A stretch of DNA of 64,000 bases from Clostridia bacterium. Its GTDB lineage: Bacteria > Bacillota > Clostridia > TANB77 > CAG-508. How positions within the stretch are numbered: position 1 is the first letter of the stretch; each line of letters starts with the position of its first letter. This document shows, piece by piece, positions 37,000 to 47,588 of this stretch. The translations under genes were made by a program, and so were the position numbers. The DNA lies in contig JAAWKD010000004.1 in assembly GCA_022797215.1 (NCBI GenBank), forward strand, positions 5,191-69,190, in the 5' to 3' direction. The notes under the pieces are model-generated. The model worked only from the letters and a program-made list of their open reading frames with translations. It did not search any database and was not told where the DNA came from.

Positions 37000-39204
37000 C
37001 TATAGCTCCACTCCTTCTGGCACTGGTGTTTGTGCTTTCCTATATTGCTCTATTAACTGTTCTGCTGGTGGAGTTCTTTCTACATATACCATTTTTCTCT
37101 TACCTTTCAATTCTCTTACAATGCCATTTAATTTATGAGCAGCTTTTGGATGTGCCCTTTCAAATTCTACTGCATCTGGACTTATAATATATCCCTTTTT
37201 ATATTTATCATAAGAATCTACCATTCCTATCTCATAAATATTAGCATTTGTAATTGCTGACTGTAATCCAGGAAATGCTGTTTCTAGTTCCTTTTTTATT
37301 TGTAATAACAAAACTCTACCTATAATTTGATTATCTCTAGGTTTTATCTCAATTGTTCTAGCCACTCCTGACATTTCATAAATACAATTTTGATAACTTG
37401 CTACACAAAAAGAAATATCAATTGGTTGCTCATTTACCATAATAGTAATAAGTTTTCTATATCCATTTACCTTTAAAGTATTTTCTAATTCTTCTGCTAA
37501 TCCAATAGATGCTAAAAATTCTCTATAATCTTTTAATTGTGTACTATTTCCAATTTCTTCTTGCTTTACTCTATTCGTATATGTTGTTTCTCCACCTTCT
37601 TCATATGTTTTATATGTAATTCTCTTACTTTTATACTCTCTTGTTTGTTTTCCTTGATATTGTGTATGCCCATGTCTGATACGCAATGCTTTCCCTTGTT
37701 CTAATAATGAAAAATCTTCGGTATAATCATAATAGCAATCTGTAAACATATAGAGAGCTTCATCTACCTTAGCATATTTTTGTGTCATGAAATCCATCAT
37801 ATCATCTGCATAAATATTTCCTTCTGTTAATAAATATTTTAATTCAAAATCTTGTACTGGCTTTGATTGATTTTCAATAATGTCCTTTAAAGTATCCATA
37901 TATCTATTTTGAAATTCTTCTTTTGAAATTCCTAATTCAAAACGTAATAATTCAAGATTTATTGCTATCACAGACCTTTTTATTGGCTTCAAACTGACAC
38001 TCTTAGGTAAATCCTCAAATTTCTGTATACCTGCTTTTGTAATAATATTAGTACTTCCATATTTAGTCTTTTTATATGGCAGAATTGTTCTTTCTTGTGA
38101 AAAAATACAATGTGAATCCTCTGGAAAATTAGGAATAACTTGTTTTAGTAGTTTCCTAATATACTCTTCACTTCTTCCATTATATAATACTTGATAATCA
38201 TTTTTTGCGCTTTCTCTATAATTGCATAAATATCTTATTTTTTCATTTTGAGTAGTTCGTGCTATTAATTTAATAGCCTCTTCTATTGGAGTAGTTGTTA
38301 ATTGCATATACTCTTGACTTGTAAAATCAGCTTTCTCTTGTGTTAAAAATTTTCGTATCGCCTCTGGAATAGTATCTAGTACTTCTTCTGGATGTTTTCT
38401 TAATTCTAATAATAATTGTGTAAAAGCATAATTTCCTGTAAAATCGCTATTACAAAAATATATCTCACTATAATTTCTTGTTCTTTCTAAAATAGTAGCC
38501 TCTAAAAAGAATTTCTTTTCTTGTGGTATTCCTACCATAATTTGATTTCCAGCTAGAATACACTCAAAGCCATTAATTAGTTCTGTATAATTTGTTAAAG
38601 TTCCTAATCCTGTATAAGTAGATTCTCTCATTAAATAATCAATTCGATCTAAATCAATATTATGAGAAATTAGCGAAGCAAGTAAGCCCTTTAGGGGTAT
38701 AGTATTGTCATCTCTTAATTCGATAGTTTCTGTAACTTCGCCATTTCCATAAATGCAATCCATAAATTCTGTTAATTTTTCAACAAAGTTTTCTCCATAA
38801 TGCTTTCTAATAATTTGGTGTATCTGTGTGGTTGGATCTTTGATAATATCAATTCCTCTTTGCTCATGAGATACTCCTGTTATTTCTTCTAACAAATGAG
38901 AATTCACACCATGCCCTATATCATGTAACAAGGCTGCTAATTTTGCCATTTCTTTTTCTTCTTTGGAAAGTCGAAGTCCATAAGCACTTAGTTTTCTTTC
39001 TAAGCTATTTAATGTTCTACACATTAAATAGTAAACACCTATACTATGTTCATAACGTGTTTCTTGTTCTAGTTCGGGATATTCAATACTATTAAAAGCA
39101 GTTTGCACAACGTCTTGCAATCTAGAAAAGTCTTGAGATTTTACAATTTCTTCGTAAATTCCATCTAATTCTATATTACCATATATAATATCTTTTTGTA
39201 TCAT
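37000..39204 (-). CDS. HD-domain (dNTP triphosphohydrolase-like) protein fused to a C-terminal CYTH-like domain
   Basis: N-terminal YEHSIGVYYLM...AALLHDIGHGVNSHLLE (SAMHD1/dGTPase-type HD). C-terminal ALRIRHG...RITYKTY...R.E.E. strand pattern resembles CYTH/CyaB-ThTPase. Confidence 0.6.
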   Translation of the reverse strand: MIQKDIIYGNIELDGIYEEIVKSQDFSRLQDVVQTAFNSIEYPELEQETRYEHSIGVYYLMCRTLNSLERKLSAYGLRLSKEEKEMAKLAALLHDIGHGVNSHLLEEITGVSHEQRGIDIIKDPTTQIHQIIRKHYGENFVEKLTEFMDCIYGNGEVTETIELRDDNTIPLKGLLASLISHNIDLDRIDYLMRESTYTGLGTLTNYTELINGFECILAGNQIMVGIPQEKKFFLEATILERTRNYSEIYFCNSDFTGNYAFTQLLLELRKHPEEVLDTIPEAIRKFLTQEKADFTSQEYMQLTTTPIEEAIKLIARTTQNEKIRYLCNYRESAKNDYQVLYNGRSEEYIRKLLKQVIPNFPEDSHCIFSQERTILPYKKTKYGSTNIITKAGIQKFEDLPKSVSLKPIKRSVIAINLELLRFELGISKEEFQNRYMDTLKDIIENQSKPVQDFELKYLLTEGNIYADDMMDFMTQKYAKVDEALYMFTDCYYDYTEDFSLLEQGKALRIRHGHTQYQGKQTREYKSKRITYKTYEEGGETTYTNRVKQEEIGNSTQLKDYREFLASIGLAEELENTLKVNGYRKLITIMVNEQPIDISFCVASYQNCIYEMSGVARTIEIKPRDNQIIGRVLLLQIKKELETAFPGLQSAITNANIYEIGMVDSYDKYKKGYIISPDAVEFERAHPKAAHKLNGIVRELKGKRKMVYVERTPPAEQLIEQYRKAQTPVPEGVEL

Positions 39205-39206
39205 AT

Positions 39207-39515
39207 CTATTTCTCCATATATTGATATTTCTCACATTCTATTTTTTTGCTTAAGTATTTTGATAAATCTTTTGTCTGTATCAGTTCTTCTTTTTTCTCT
39301 TTTGGTAAGTGCTTGATATGATATTCTAATTTAGATGCTAAACCTCTATCCTCTGCAATCCATATTGCTTCTATTTTTAATACAGAATGTCCTTTTGTAT
39401 ATTTAGCACCTCTTTCTTCTTTATTGTGATGTTCCTCCCACCTTCTTCTAATATCCTTTGTAATTCCTGTATATATAGAATTGTCTTCACACCTAATCAT
39501 ATAAATATAGTACAT
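39207..39515 (-). CDS. GIY-YIG nuclease superfamily protein (UPF0213-like)
   Basis: MYYIYMIRCEDNSIYTGITKDIRRRWEEH. Confidence 0.8.
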   Translation of the reverse strand: MYYIYMIRCEDNSIYTGITKDIRRRWEEHHNKEERGAKYTKGHSVLKIEAIWIAEDRGLASKLEYHIKHLPKEKKEELIQTKDLSKYLSKKIECEKYQYMEK

Positions 39516-39697
39516 TCTTCTTTTTCCTTTTTACTTAATCACTAGGATTATATCATATTTTTTAGAAAAGTACATATTTTAGTAGGAGAATTTAAAAAAA
39601 GATAGTTTTAGTAAATTTTTTTAAAAATATATAGACTTTTTTTTCTGAATTGTGTATGATTATATGGTAACGATAGAAAAAGGGAGGATTTTTTGAG

Positions 39698-40105
39698 ATG
39701 ACAAAAAAATCATTAAGAATATTTTTAATTTTACTAGTTATATTTAGTATTTGCACTATTTGTTCTTCTGCTGCTAATATTAACTTAAATTTGCCAGGAA
39801 CAGATAATAGTCAAGTAGATAATAACGATGTAGCTACTAATAATCAAGTAAATGACAATAATTTAGTAGATAATAATACGCAAAATGATGTAAATAATAC
39901 TGACACCAATATTGTAGATAATAACAATCTTGTAGATAATACACTTCCTGATGATCCACTAGATGATATGCAAACTTTACAGCCAACCCCTACCGATTCT
40001 TCTAATTCAGGATTATCAGTAACTAATATTATTAATATCTTATTAATTGCTGTTGGCGTTATTCTAATTTTACTAGCCATTGCTATTATGATTCGACTAA
40101 AATAA
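39698..40105 (+). CDS. Secreted Asn/Asp-rich low-complexity protein with C-terminal TM anchor
   Basis: Signal peptide, NN(L/I)VDN repeats, C-terminal hydrophobic helix. Confidence 0.5.
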   Translation: MTKKSLRIFLILLVIFSICTICSSAANINLNLPGTDNSQVDNNDVATNNQVNDNNLVDNNTQNDVNNTDTNIVDNNNLVDNTLPDDPLDDMQTLQPTPTDSSNSGLSVTNIINILLIAVGVILILLAIAIMIRLK

Positions 40106-40252
40106 TGACAAAAACTGTTAAATTTTTTAAAATTTAGCAGCTTTTTTAATATTGCCTTTTCCACTTTTTATCAGAATATTTTATTATCAAATATGAATAA
40201 TAATATTGAGCAATTTTGAACTCAAATTTTGATAAAAGGAGGATTTCATCTA

Positions 40253-40741
40253 ATGAAAAAGAAGTTTTTTATAATAGTTGTTCTTTTCGCTATTTTCTCT
40301 TTTGCCCTTATTTCTTATACATTGGCTGCTACTAATATGGATAACGCAGTAAATGGTATTAGAAATTTTGTTGGTGGTGCTGAAAATGTAGTTGAAGATG
40401 CTGGAAAAGGTGTTGCTAATGGTATCAAAGATGGTGTAAATGCTATTGGAAATGGCGCTAAAAGTGTAACTAATGGTATTGAAAATGGAATGAATCGTGA
40501 TGGTAATAGAAATGATACTGTAAGAACAACTGGTACTATTGATGGAAATAATGGTGGTTATACAGCTACTAGAACATCTGCTGACACAGGCGCTGCTAGT
40601 TTATTCGGTAATGTATCAAATAATGTGTGGACTTGGATGGTTTTAGCCATTGTTGGTATTGTCATTGTAGCTTTAGTTATGTATTATGCAAAACAAAATA
40701 ATATAACTACTTATACTCACAATGATAATGATGAGGAATAG
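40253..40741 (+). CDS. Secreted Gly/Asn-rich protein with C-terminal TM anchor
   Basis: AAAGGAGG RBS before the ATG at 40253. Signal peptide, repeated NG(I/V).. motifs, C-terminal TM. Confidence 0.5.
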   Translation: MKKKFFIIVVLFAIFSFALISYTLAATNMDNAVNGIRNFVGGAENVVEDAGKGVANGIKDGVNAIGNGAKSVTNGIENGMNRDGNRNDTVRTTGTIDGNNGGYTATRTSADTGAASLFGNVSNNVWTWMVLAIVGIVIVALVMYYAKQNNITTYTHNDNDEE

Positions 40742-40942
40742 TTTTTCTTAACTATCTTTATTTTGATTAAATTGTCTTAATAATATGTGTTTTTGTTTTT
40801 CGAATGTCCATTATAGTCATTAAACGCAAAGAAGAAAATTAGAACAGTACTTTTCAAAACTATAAAACAGATATTATTAAGACTAACTAAAAAATCAAAC
40901 TAATTTTAAACATAAATACAAGAATTAAAGGAGATTACATAT

Positions 40943-41393
40943 ATGAATAAAAAAATAATAGCTACTAATCCTGTAGCTAAACATAATTATACCATTTCAG
41001 ATACTTTAGAAATTGGAATCGTCCTAACAGGAACTGAAATCAAATCAATCCGTAACCGGAAAAGTAAACTTAAAGGATAGTTATGTAGGTATAAAAAATG
41101 GAGAAGCCTATATATATAGTATGCATATTTCACCTTATGAACAAGGAAATATTTTCAATAAAGATCCTTTACGTGACCGAAAGCTTTTACTAAACAAAAG
41201 AGAAATTCATAAATTAATTGGTCTAGTAAAGCAACAAGGATATACTCTTGTTCCTATCAGTCTCTATTTTTCTGGAAATTTTGTTAAGATGGAACTAGGT
41301 ATTGGTAAAGGTAAAAAATTATATGATAAACGTGAAGATATTGCTAAAAAGGATGCTGAAAGAAGATTAAGACAACAATTTGGAAAAGTATAA
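40943..41393 (+). CDS. smpB: SsrA-binding protein SmpB, interrupted at in-frame CGG 41057-41059 (frame 0: 40943-41056; +1 frame: 41058-41393)
   Basis: [38 protein letters not shown], then CGG. Skipping the C gives [31 protein letters not shown]..., colinear with SmpB ([14 protein letters not shown]...NMHISPYE). Confidence 0.9.
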
Positions 41394-41507
41394 ACATCTA
41401 TCCTTAAAACCGACTTCTAATGTATATAATGATTTGTAAGGTTTTTATCCCTTACAAATCATTTAACTTTTGTCACTTTTAAAGAACGCCCCAAAACTGA
41501 CATAACA

Positions 41508-42437
41508 TTAAGCTTTATTGCTCGAACCAAATACATCTCTAATCTTATGTTGTACTGTTTCTTGGATTAATTCTCTTGCAGGTAACATATATTTTCTTGG
41601 GTCAAATATAGAAGTGTCTTCTGCAAATGTCTTTCTAATTGCTGCTGTCATTGCTAAACGTAAGTCTGTATCTACATTGATTTTAGAAACTCCCAATTTA
41701 CTTGCTTCATTTAACATTTCATCTGGAACACCTTTTGCTCCTGGAATGTTGCCCCCATATTGATTGCACATTTCTACAAGTTCTGGAATTACTGTTGAGG
41801 CTCCATGTAATACAATTGGAGTATTAGGTAATTTTTCTTTTATCTTTTGTAATATATCAAATCTTAATTTTGCATCTCCTTTAAATTTATATGCCCCATG
41901 ACTTGTTCCAATTGCAATTGCTAAAGAATCACATCCTGTTCTTTCTACAAATTCTTTTGCTTGGTCTGGATCTGTATACATTGCATCTGATGCTGACACA
42001 TTTATCTCATCCTCTACTCCTGCTAACTTCCCAAGTTCTGCTTCTACCACAACTCCTTTACTATGAGCATATTCTACTACTTGTTTTGTTACAGCAATAT
42101 TTTCCTCAAAATCGTATTTAGAGCCATCTATCATAACAGATGTAAATCCGTTATCTATACACATTTTACAAGTTTCAAAATCTGCTCCATGGTCTAAATG
42201 TAATGCAATTGGAATATCATGTTCTTCTAGTGCTGCTTCTATCATTTTTTTCAAGTATCCTATTCTTGCATATTTAATTGCACTAGAAGATGCCTGCAAA
42301 ATAACTGGTGAATTTTCTTCTGCTGCCGCATCTACAATTCCTTGTATAATTTCCATATTATTAACATTAAATGCTCCTATTGCAAAATGTTCCTTCATTG
42401 ATTTTTCAAACATATTTTTTGTTGTTACTAATGGCAT
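41508..42437 (-). CDS. fba: Class II fructose-1,6-bisphosphate aldolase
   Basis: FAIGAFNVNNME, ALHLDHG, GTSHGAYKF and LHGAS motifs. The ATG at 42437 has an AAGGAGG RBS. Confidence 0.93.
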   Translation of the reverse strand: MPLVTTKNMFEKSMKEHFAIGAFNVNNMEIIQGIVDAAAEENSPVILQASSSAIKYARIGYLKKMIEAALEEHDIPIALHLDHGADFETCKMCIDNGFTSVMIDGSKYDFEENIAVTKQVVEYAHSKGVVVEAELGKLAGVEDEINVSASDAMYTDPDQAKEFVERTGCDSLAIAIGTSHGAYKFKGDAKLRFDILQKIKEKLPNTPIVLHGASTVIPELVEMCNQYGGNIPGAKGVPDEMLNEASKLGVSKINVDTDLRLAMTAAIRKTFAEDTSIFDPRKYMLPARELIQETVQHKIRDVFGSSNKA

Positions 42438-42607
42438 AATTTTATCCTCCTTCATTGTTTTCTCCTATTTTATTGCTAATTATTTTAAAAGTCAATAGAT
42501 TTTTCTGCGGTCTCTTCTAAGCTTTCGATGAGGTGTTATAGAAATCCTTAATCTTTATGGCCAGATGAGGAACTCTTTTTTAGAGTTCCTCATCATTATA
42601 TCGCACT

Positions 42608-42775
42608 TTAATTGTTTTCATGTTTATAACTACTACACATTGATTCATCAGGCTCTTTTGTTTCACATCCAATAATTGGAGTTACAATAATTTGCTCTAG
42701 TGTACATTGTTGGTATCCTTTATCATTATATTTGCAGCTTGTTACTGTACAATTAATTTTTTGATTTTTTTCCAT
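42608..42775 (-). CDS. DUF1540-like small Cys-rich protein
   Basis: CTVTSCKYN...C motif repeated. AAAGGAGG RBS before the ATG at 42775. Confidence 0.55.
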   Translation of the reverse strand: MEKNQKINCTVTSCKYNDKGYQQCTLEQIIVTPIIGCETKEPDESMCSSYKHENN

Positions 42776-42835
42776 AAAAATAGCCTCCTTTAATATTTTC
42801 AATGCTATTAGTATGGCTATTTTTTCAAATTTTAT

Positions 42836-44041
42836 TTAATTTTCAGCCCCTTTTATATGTATGGTATGTTTTTCCATTGAAAGTTCCCATCTTTTCATTA
42901 AGTTACAATCCACAATTTTAGGATTTCCACAACTTGCTTTCAACAATTCAATAAACTCGCTTAAATCTAATATATGAAAAAAAGTACCTGTTTTTTTGAT
43001 TGTTTCAAATAGGAGTTTTTCAATTTCACTCCAATCTCCATCATGAATCAATTCTGGAATGAGAATAATGCAATGTGGTGTTTTAGATCTACAAACATCA
43101 ATCACTTCACCTTGATTAGTATATATTTTTTGTTCTCCTAGGAAAGTACCTAGTGCTCCCTTCAGTTGCTCTATAGCTTTTTTCACATGTTTTTGAGTTA
43201 TAGAAATTCTTTTTGCCCTATCATGTATACCACTTTCTCCCATAATGGCTACATCCTTTAACTCTATCAAAAAATCTCCATATTGATAATGTGCAAATAT
43301 ATCTGTCATTTCCTTCATAGCATTGCCTTTTTTATATTTAGGACCTTTATATAGGTTTGAAGGAAATACAGAAACTAACGCAGATGCTATTTCTTCTTCA
43401 AATGTTCTCCCTTCATCTTTAGGTTCACTAATTTCAAAATGATAACATTCTTCATTAGTATAAGAATAATTCTCAACACTATGCCATTCTCCTATTATCG
43501 TATCTATCTCTATAATAGGAATTTTATATGCTTCAGGAAATTGATATTTATATCTTTCTTCTACTGAAACGCAAAAACAATTATGTGCATATTCTATTTC
43601 CTTTGTGTAATTCCCTACATATAACTCTGTTTTTTCATTTATCCAATTTAAAACTTTTAAGGAGTCTTCTTTTGATATATTAATTTTTGACCATGCTAAT
43701 AAATTTCCCATTTCATTAATTAAAGAGATTTTAAATTCTCTTTCTTGAAGTGCATACACTAAATCTTTATGTTCTTGTAAGCTATATTGAACCTTAGAAA
43801 TGAATACTGGTGCATCAGGAATATCGATTATTCTAGCTCCTATACATAAATAATTATCCTTTTTTCCAAATACTAACTTCAAAGAACATCCTTTTATTAA
43901 TGCCTTGATGCTCGGAGTAATTGTTTTTATCATTAATATTGTTTCTTTTGGCTGAGCAGTAGGATTATTATACCAAATTGAGAACTTTTCTTCATATATT
44001 TCTTTGTTTATTATATTAGTAATATTACCTTTATCATCCAT
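42836..44041 (-). CDS. Hypothetical 401-aa protein with a C-terminal PD-(D/E)xK-nuclease-like motif
   Basis: EEEIASALVSVF ... TDIFAHYQYGDFLIELKD fits an E...D...ExK restriction-endonuclease-fold arrangement. No family recognised. Confidence 0.4.
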   Translation of the reverse strand: MDDKGNITNIINKEIYEEKFSIWYNNPTAQPKETILMIKTITPSIKALIKGCSLKLVFGKKDNYLCIGARIIDIPDAPVFISKVQYSLQEHKDLVYALQEREFKISLINEMGNLLAWSKINISKEDSLKVLNWINEKTELYVGNYTKEIEYAHNCFCVSVEERYKYQFPEAYKIPIIEIDTIIGEWHSVENYSYTNEECYHFEISEPKDEGRTFEEEIASALVSVFPSNLYKGPKYKKGNAMKEMTDIFAHYQYGDFLIELKDVAIMGESGIHDRAKRISITQKHVKKAIEQLKGALGTFLGEQKIYTNQGEVIDVCRSKTPHCIILIPELIHDGDWSEIEKLLFETIKKTGTFFHILDLSEFIELLKASCGNPKIVDCNLMKRWELSMEKHTIHIKGAEN

Positions 44042-44184
44042 TCTTATTCTTCCTTCTTCTTACAATTTATTATTCTTCTATTAGCAAATCACAAAAGACT
44101 TCCTATTTCATTTTATAGGCAGGCAACTCCCTTTTCGACAACAATTCTTTTTCTGATTGATAATTATCTTTTAAAATATAGAAG

Positions 44185-45363
44185 TTATATACCAAATATG
44201 TATATTTCTTGCATTAAATCCCTATCATAAATTTTATTTATTTTTGTATCATTTGGTATTGTAAATGCTGGTCTCACTCCAAACTTTGCACCATTGCCTG
44301 TTTTTGTAACTCCTCCAGTATATCCCACTATATAATATTCTGATGCATAATATGATGTTCTTGTCCAATATGGACTTTCTACGCCTATATCATTTATTGT
44401 ACTTTTATTACTAGCATTAAAATATTTTAATTTCATTTTATTTTTTGTTTGGTGATCATAGTATGCCCCACTACGATCATTTAATTCTGTAAGTGATAGT
44501 ATAAAAAATTTTCTATTAATTTCATAATTATTATATTTTCCTTTTTCATATCCATATTCAGAAAAACTTAATTCTGTATTATATATTTGATTTAATAGTT
44601 TAGAATCAAATCTTTTTAGAAATTCTCCTGTTAAATATTTATCTACATCCGTTTCTTCGTATTTTACATGGCTTGCCATTTCTAACCACCCATCATATAC
44701 TCTATCCTTTGCAATTGTTCCATTATAGTCTTCAATATATCCTTTTTCTCCTCCTACTACATTCTCTCTTAAGCAAAGAGCATTATTAGTCTTGTTATAG
44801 TTATACGTTAATACTAAATAAGGAACATATTTATCATTTTCTTTTATATGAATTATATATCCCAAACTCGAGTTATAATCATATGCTATATAACCTATTG
44901 TATCTTCTTTTAATAATGGAGTAGTTATTATTCTAGTAACTATTGGCATTAATGACATAATAACTAGAACTATTCCCATTATAATAAATGTCTTCCATCT
45001 TTTTTCTTTAATCAACTTTATTGTTAATTTGACAATTCCATATCCCACCCATATAATCCCATCAATAATAAGCGATATTATAATACACCCACCTATTACA
45101 AGTGGTACAATTGTTGTTAATGACATATAGCCAAAAGCTTGTATCATTGTTGATATGTCTGAGCCATCCATTAACATTTCAGGTAAATTATTTAGTGTAA
45201 ATATAATAAAGCCCAATATAATTATTCCAACAACTATACTTATTATCATTATAAGAATTGATATTATCAATAAAATTTTGTTTACTCTTTTTAAATTCAT
45301 TTTTTTCCTAATTTCCTCCTCTGCTTTATCAGAATTGTACCATTTGTAATATCTTTTTACCAT
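44185..45363 (-). CDS. Multi-TM N-terminal domain protein with C-terminal DUF6273-like domain (tentative)
   Basis: Several N-terminal TM helices. C-terminal SPYWTRTSY...FGVRPAFTIP is reminiscent of the YWLRS...GVRPA(L/M)W motif. Confidence 0.4.
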   Translation of the reverse strand: MVKRYYKWYNSDKAEEEIRKKMNLKRVNKILLIISILIMIISIVVGIIILGFIIFTLNNLPEMLMDGSDISTMIQAFGYMSLTTIVPLVIGGCIIISLIIDGIIWVGYGIVKLTIKLIKEKRWKTFIIMGIVLVIMSLMPIVTRIITTPLLKEDTIGYIAYDYNSSLGYIIHIKENDKYVPYLVLTYNYNKTNNALCLRENVVGGEKGYIEDYNGTIAKDRVYDGWLEMASHVKYEETDVDKYLTGEFLKRFDSKLLNQIYNTELSFSEYGYEKGKYNNYEINRKFFILSLTELNDRSGAYYDHQTKNKMKLKYFNASNKSTINDIGVESPYWTRTSYYASEYYIVGYTGGVTKTGNGAKFGVRPAFTIPNDTKINKIYDRDLMQEIYIFGI

Positions 45364-45429
45364 ACTTTTTGTTAATATTATTTTCCTATTAAAAATAAGT
45401 TAACTTTAAAAGCTAACTTATTTCTTCTT

Positions 45430-45903
45430 TTATCTATTTTTCTCCTCTATTTTATCACAAGTGCAATTATCAGTCTCTAGTACCCTACAATCCTTTACAT
45501 TTTGAAATCCTAAATACCAACTCATTCCATTTTGATTTTTCTCCATTTCTCTTTTTCTTGCTTCTAACTCTGCAAAAGTTTGTGGAGCAGGTAAAATTCC
45601 TGGCTCACAAGGTATCCAATTTGCTGGCATAGAAAGTTTGTTGGCATCTGCTACTTGTAATGCAGTTAATGCCCTTAAAATTTCTGGAATAGATCTTCCT
45701 ACATTCATTGGATAAACTAAAATTAATCTCACAATTCCTTTATCATCAATAATGAAAACATTTCTAACTGTTTCTGTATTACTTACATCATTAGATATCA
45801 TTCCATATTTTCTAGCAATTTGCCCATTTCTATCTGCTATAATTGGAAATGGAACTCTAATTCCTGTTTTGCAATAAATATCATATAGCCATGCTAAATG
45901 TGA
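45430..45903 (-). pseudogene. Peroxiredoxin gene, C-terminal two-thirds (separated from the rest by the 17 kb element)
   Basis: In-frame translation from 45903 reads SHLAWLYDIYCKTGIRVPFPIIADRNGQIARKYGMISNDVS...VFIIDDKGIVRLILVYPMNVGRSIPEILRALTALQ, typical of 1-Cys/Prx6-type peroxiredoxins. Confidence 0.8.
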
Positions 45904-45951
45904 GGCACTTATAAAGTTACCAATACTATATAAAAAAATTTTATGTTATGA

Positions 45952-47567
45952 CTATGCACTTTGTATAATACATTCTTTTCCTAATTCGTCACTTAGCATA
46001 TTTAATTCAGAAAAGTTAAAGTAAATGTAAATATTTTTGTATTCGTCTAATTCTATTCTGTCTATTAGTTCATGTAAGATTTTCCTACTTGGATTTTCAA
46101 GTTTTAGAAAGTCATCAACAATTGCTTCTATGTTTGCATCATTTTCCTTGTTTTGCTTCTTCTCTTTTAAAATATTTATCTTTTCCTCAATACTTATCTT
46201 TTCTTTTTTTAGTCTTTCTCTCTCTTCTATAAATCCTTTGGAATATTTAAAGTAGTCATCATTTGAAATCAAGCCATTTACACTGTCTAAGTAAATTTTA
46301 TCTATTTTCTTGGATATCTCTGCTACTTTGTTTTCTATACTTTTTAGCTGCCTATTTTCTTTTTCAATTAAACTTTCATAATTGTTTTTATATTTTTCAT
46401 ATATCTTTTTTAGTTCGTTTTTATCTGCATATGTATTGCATATTTCTCTAATAATAGTTAGCACTTTTTCTTCAAACTTATTGTAGTTATAATTGCAAGT
46501 TTGGCATTTCTTCTCTTTTCCCCTTGCTAAGCTACAATCTATGTATCCTATTTTAGTATTTTTACCTCTATAACATACTCTTAACTTTCTTTTGCAATTA
46601 TGACAAAATAGTAAACCTTTTAGTAGAAAATTATGCTTGGGTAACGATACATTCTTTTTGCTTTTTATCATTTCTTGAACCTTGTAAAACAATTCTCTTG
46701 AAATAATTGCATTGTGGGTGTTTTCCACTCTGATATATTCTTCTGGATTTTTCTTTCTCTTTTTCTTTATTTTGTAGGATATCGAAGTACATTTATTTTG
46801 AACAGTATTTCCAATATATGCTTCATTTATAAGTATGGCTCTTATTGTTTTAGGACTCCAACTTTCTCTTTGATGACTCATTCCTAAATACTTGCTTGGT
46901 GTTATTACATTTTCATTATCCAATATGGTTGCTATCTTTTGAAACCCATTACCTTCTTCATATAACTCAAAAATTCTTTCTACTATTTTTGAAACATTTT
47001 CATCTACTTCTAATTTGTTTTTTTGTTCTTTACTTTTCTTATAGCCATAAGGCGCATAACTTCCTAAGTATTCACCTTTTAATTCTTTTTCCTTTAATAC
47101 ACCTTTAATTTTTTTAGAAATATCTTTTGCATACATATCATTGATAATTGCTTTAAATGGCGTTACATCATTATTGGTACTATCTAAATAAGTATCTATT
47201 CCGTCTAATATGGAAACATAGCGAATGCTATTTTCTGGGAAGTAATTTTCTATGTAATAGCCTGTTTTGATATAATCTCTCCCAAGCCTTGATAAATCTT
47301 TAGTAATAACCATATTAATTTTCTTATTTTCTATATCTGTAATCATTCTTTGAAATGCTGGTCTTTCAAAAGTTGTACCGTGATATCCCATCATCTACAT
47401 ACTCATCAATTAATATATACTTATTTTCTTTAACATACCTTTGCAATATATCTCTTTGATTTTGCACACTTTCGCTCTCCAATTTATCTCCATCTTCACG
47501 AGATAAACGTATGTATATTCCTACTTTAAATATCTTTTTTATTAAATTTCCGATTGCTAAAATTCAT
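45952..47567 (-). CDS. Large serine recombinase, interrupted at two in-frame CGG codons (47550-47552 and 47378-47380)
   Basis: With both Cs skipped: MNFSN-GNLIKKIFKVGIYIRLSREDGDKLESESVQNQRDILQRY...YVDDGIS-GTTFERPAFQRMI...VITKDLSRLGRD, then the recombinase and zinc-ribbon domains and a coiled coil. About 537 aa. Confidence 0.85.
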
Positions 47568-47588
47568 ATTTTCACGCTCCTTTTTGTT

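Noticed and set aside
41394-41507. Looked for ssrA (tmRNA) directly downstream of smpB.
   Set aside because: Only 115 nt are available. They contain just a terminator hairpin (AATGATTTGTAAGG...CCTTACAAATCATT).
47378-47392. Alternative repair of the second recombinase break as an extra G in GAT-GGGA-TAT, giving DDGYHG.
   Set aside because: Removing the C of TCA-CGG-TAC gives DDGISGTTFERP, which fits serine-recombinase consensus at least as well and matches the rule seen at the other nine sites. Both repairs remain formally possible.
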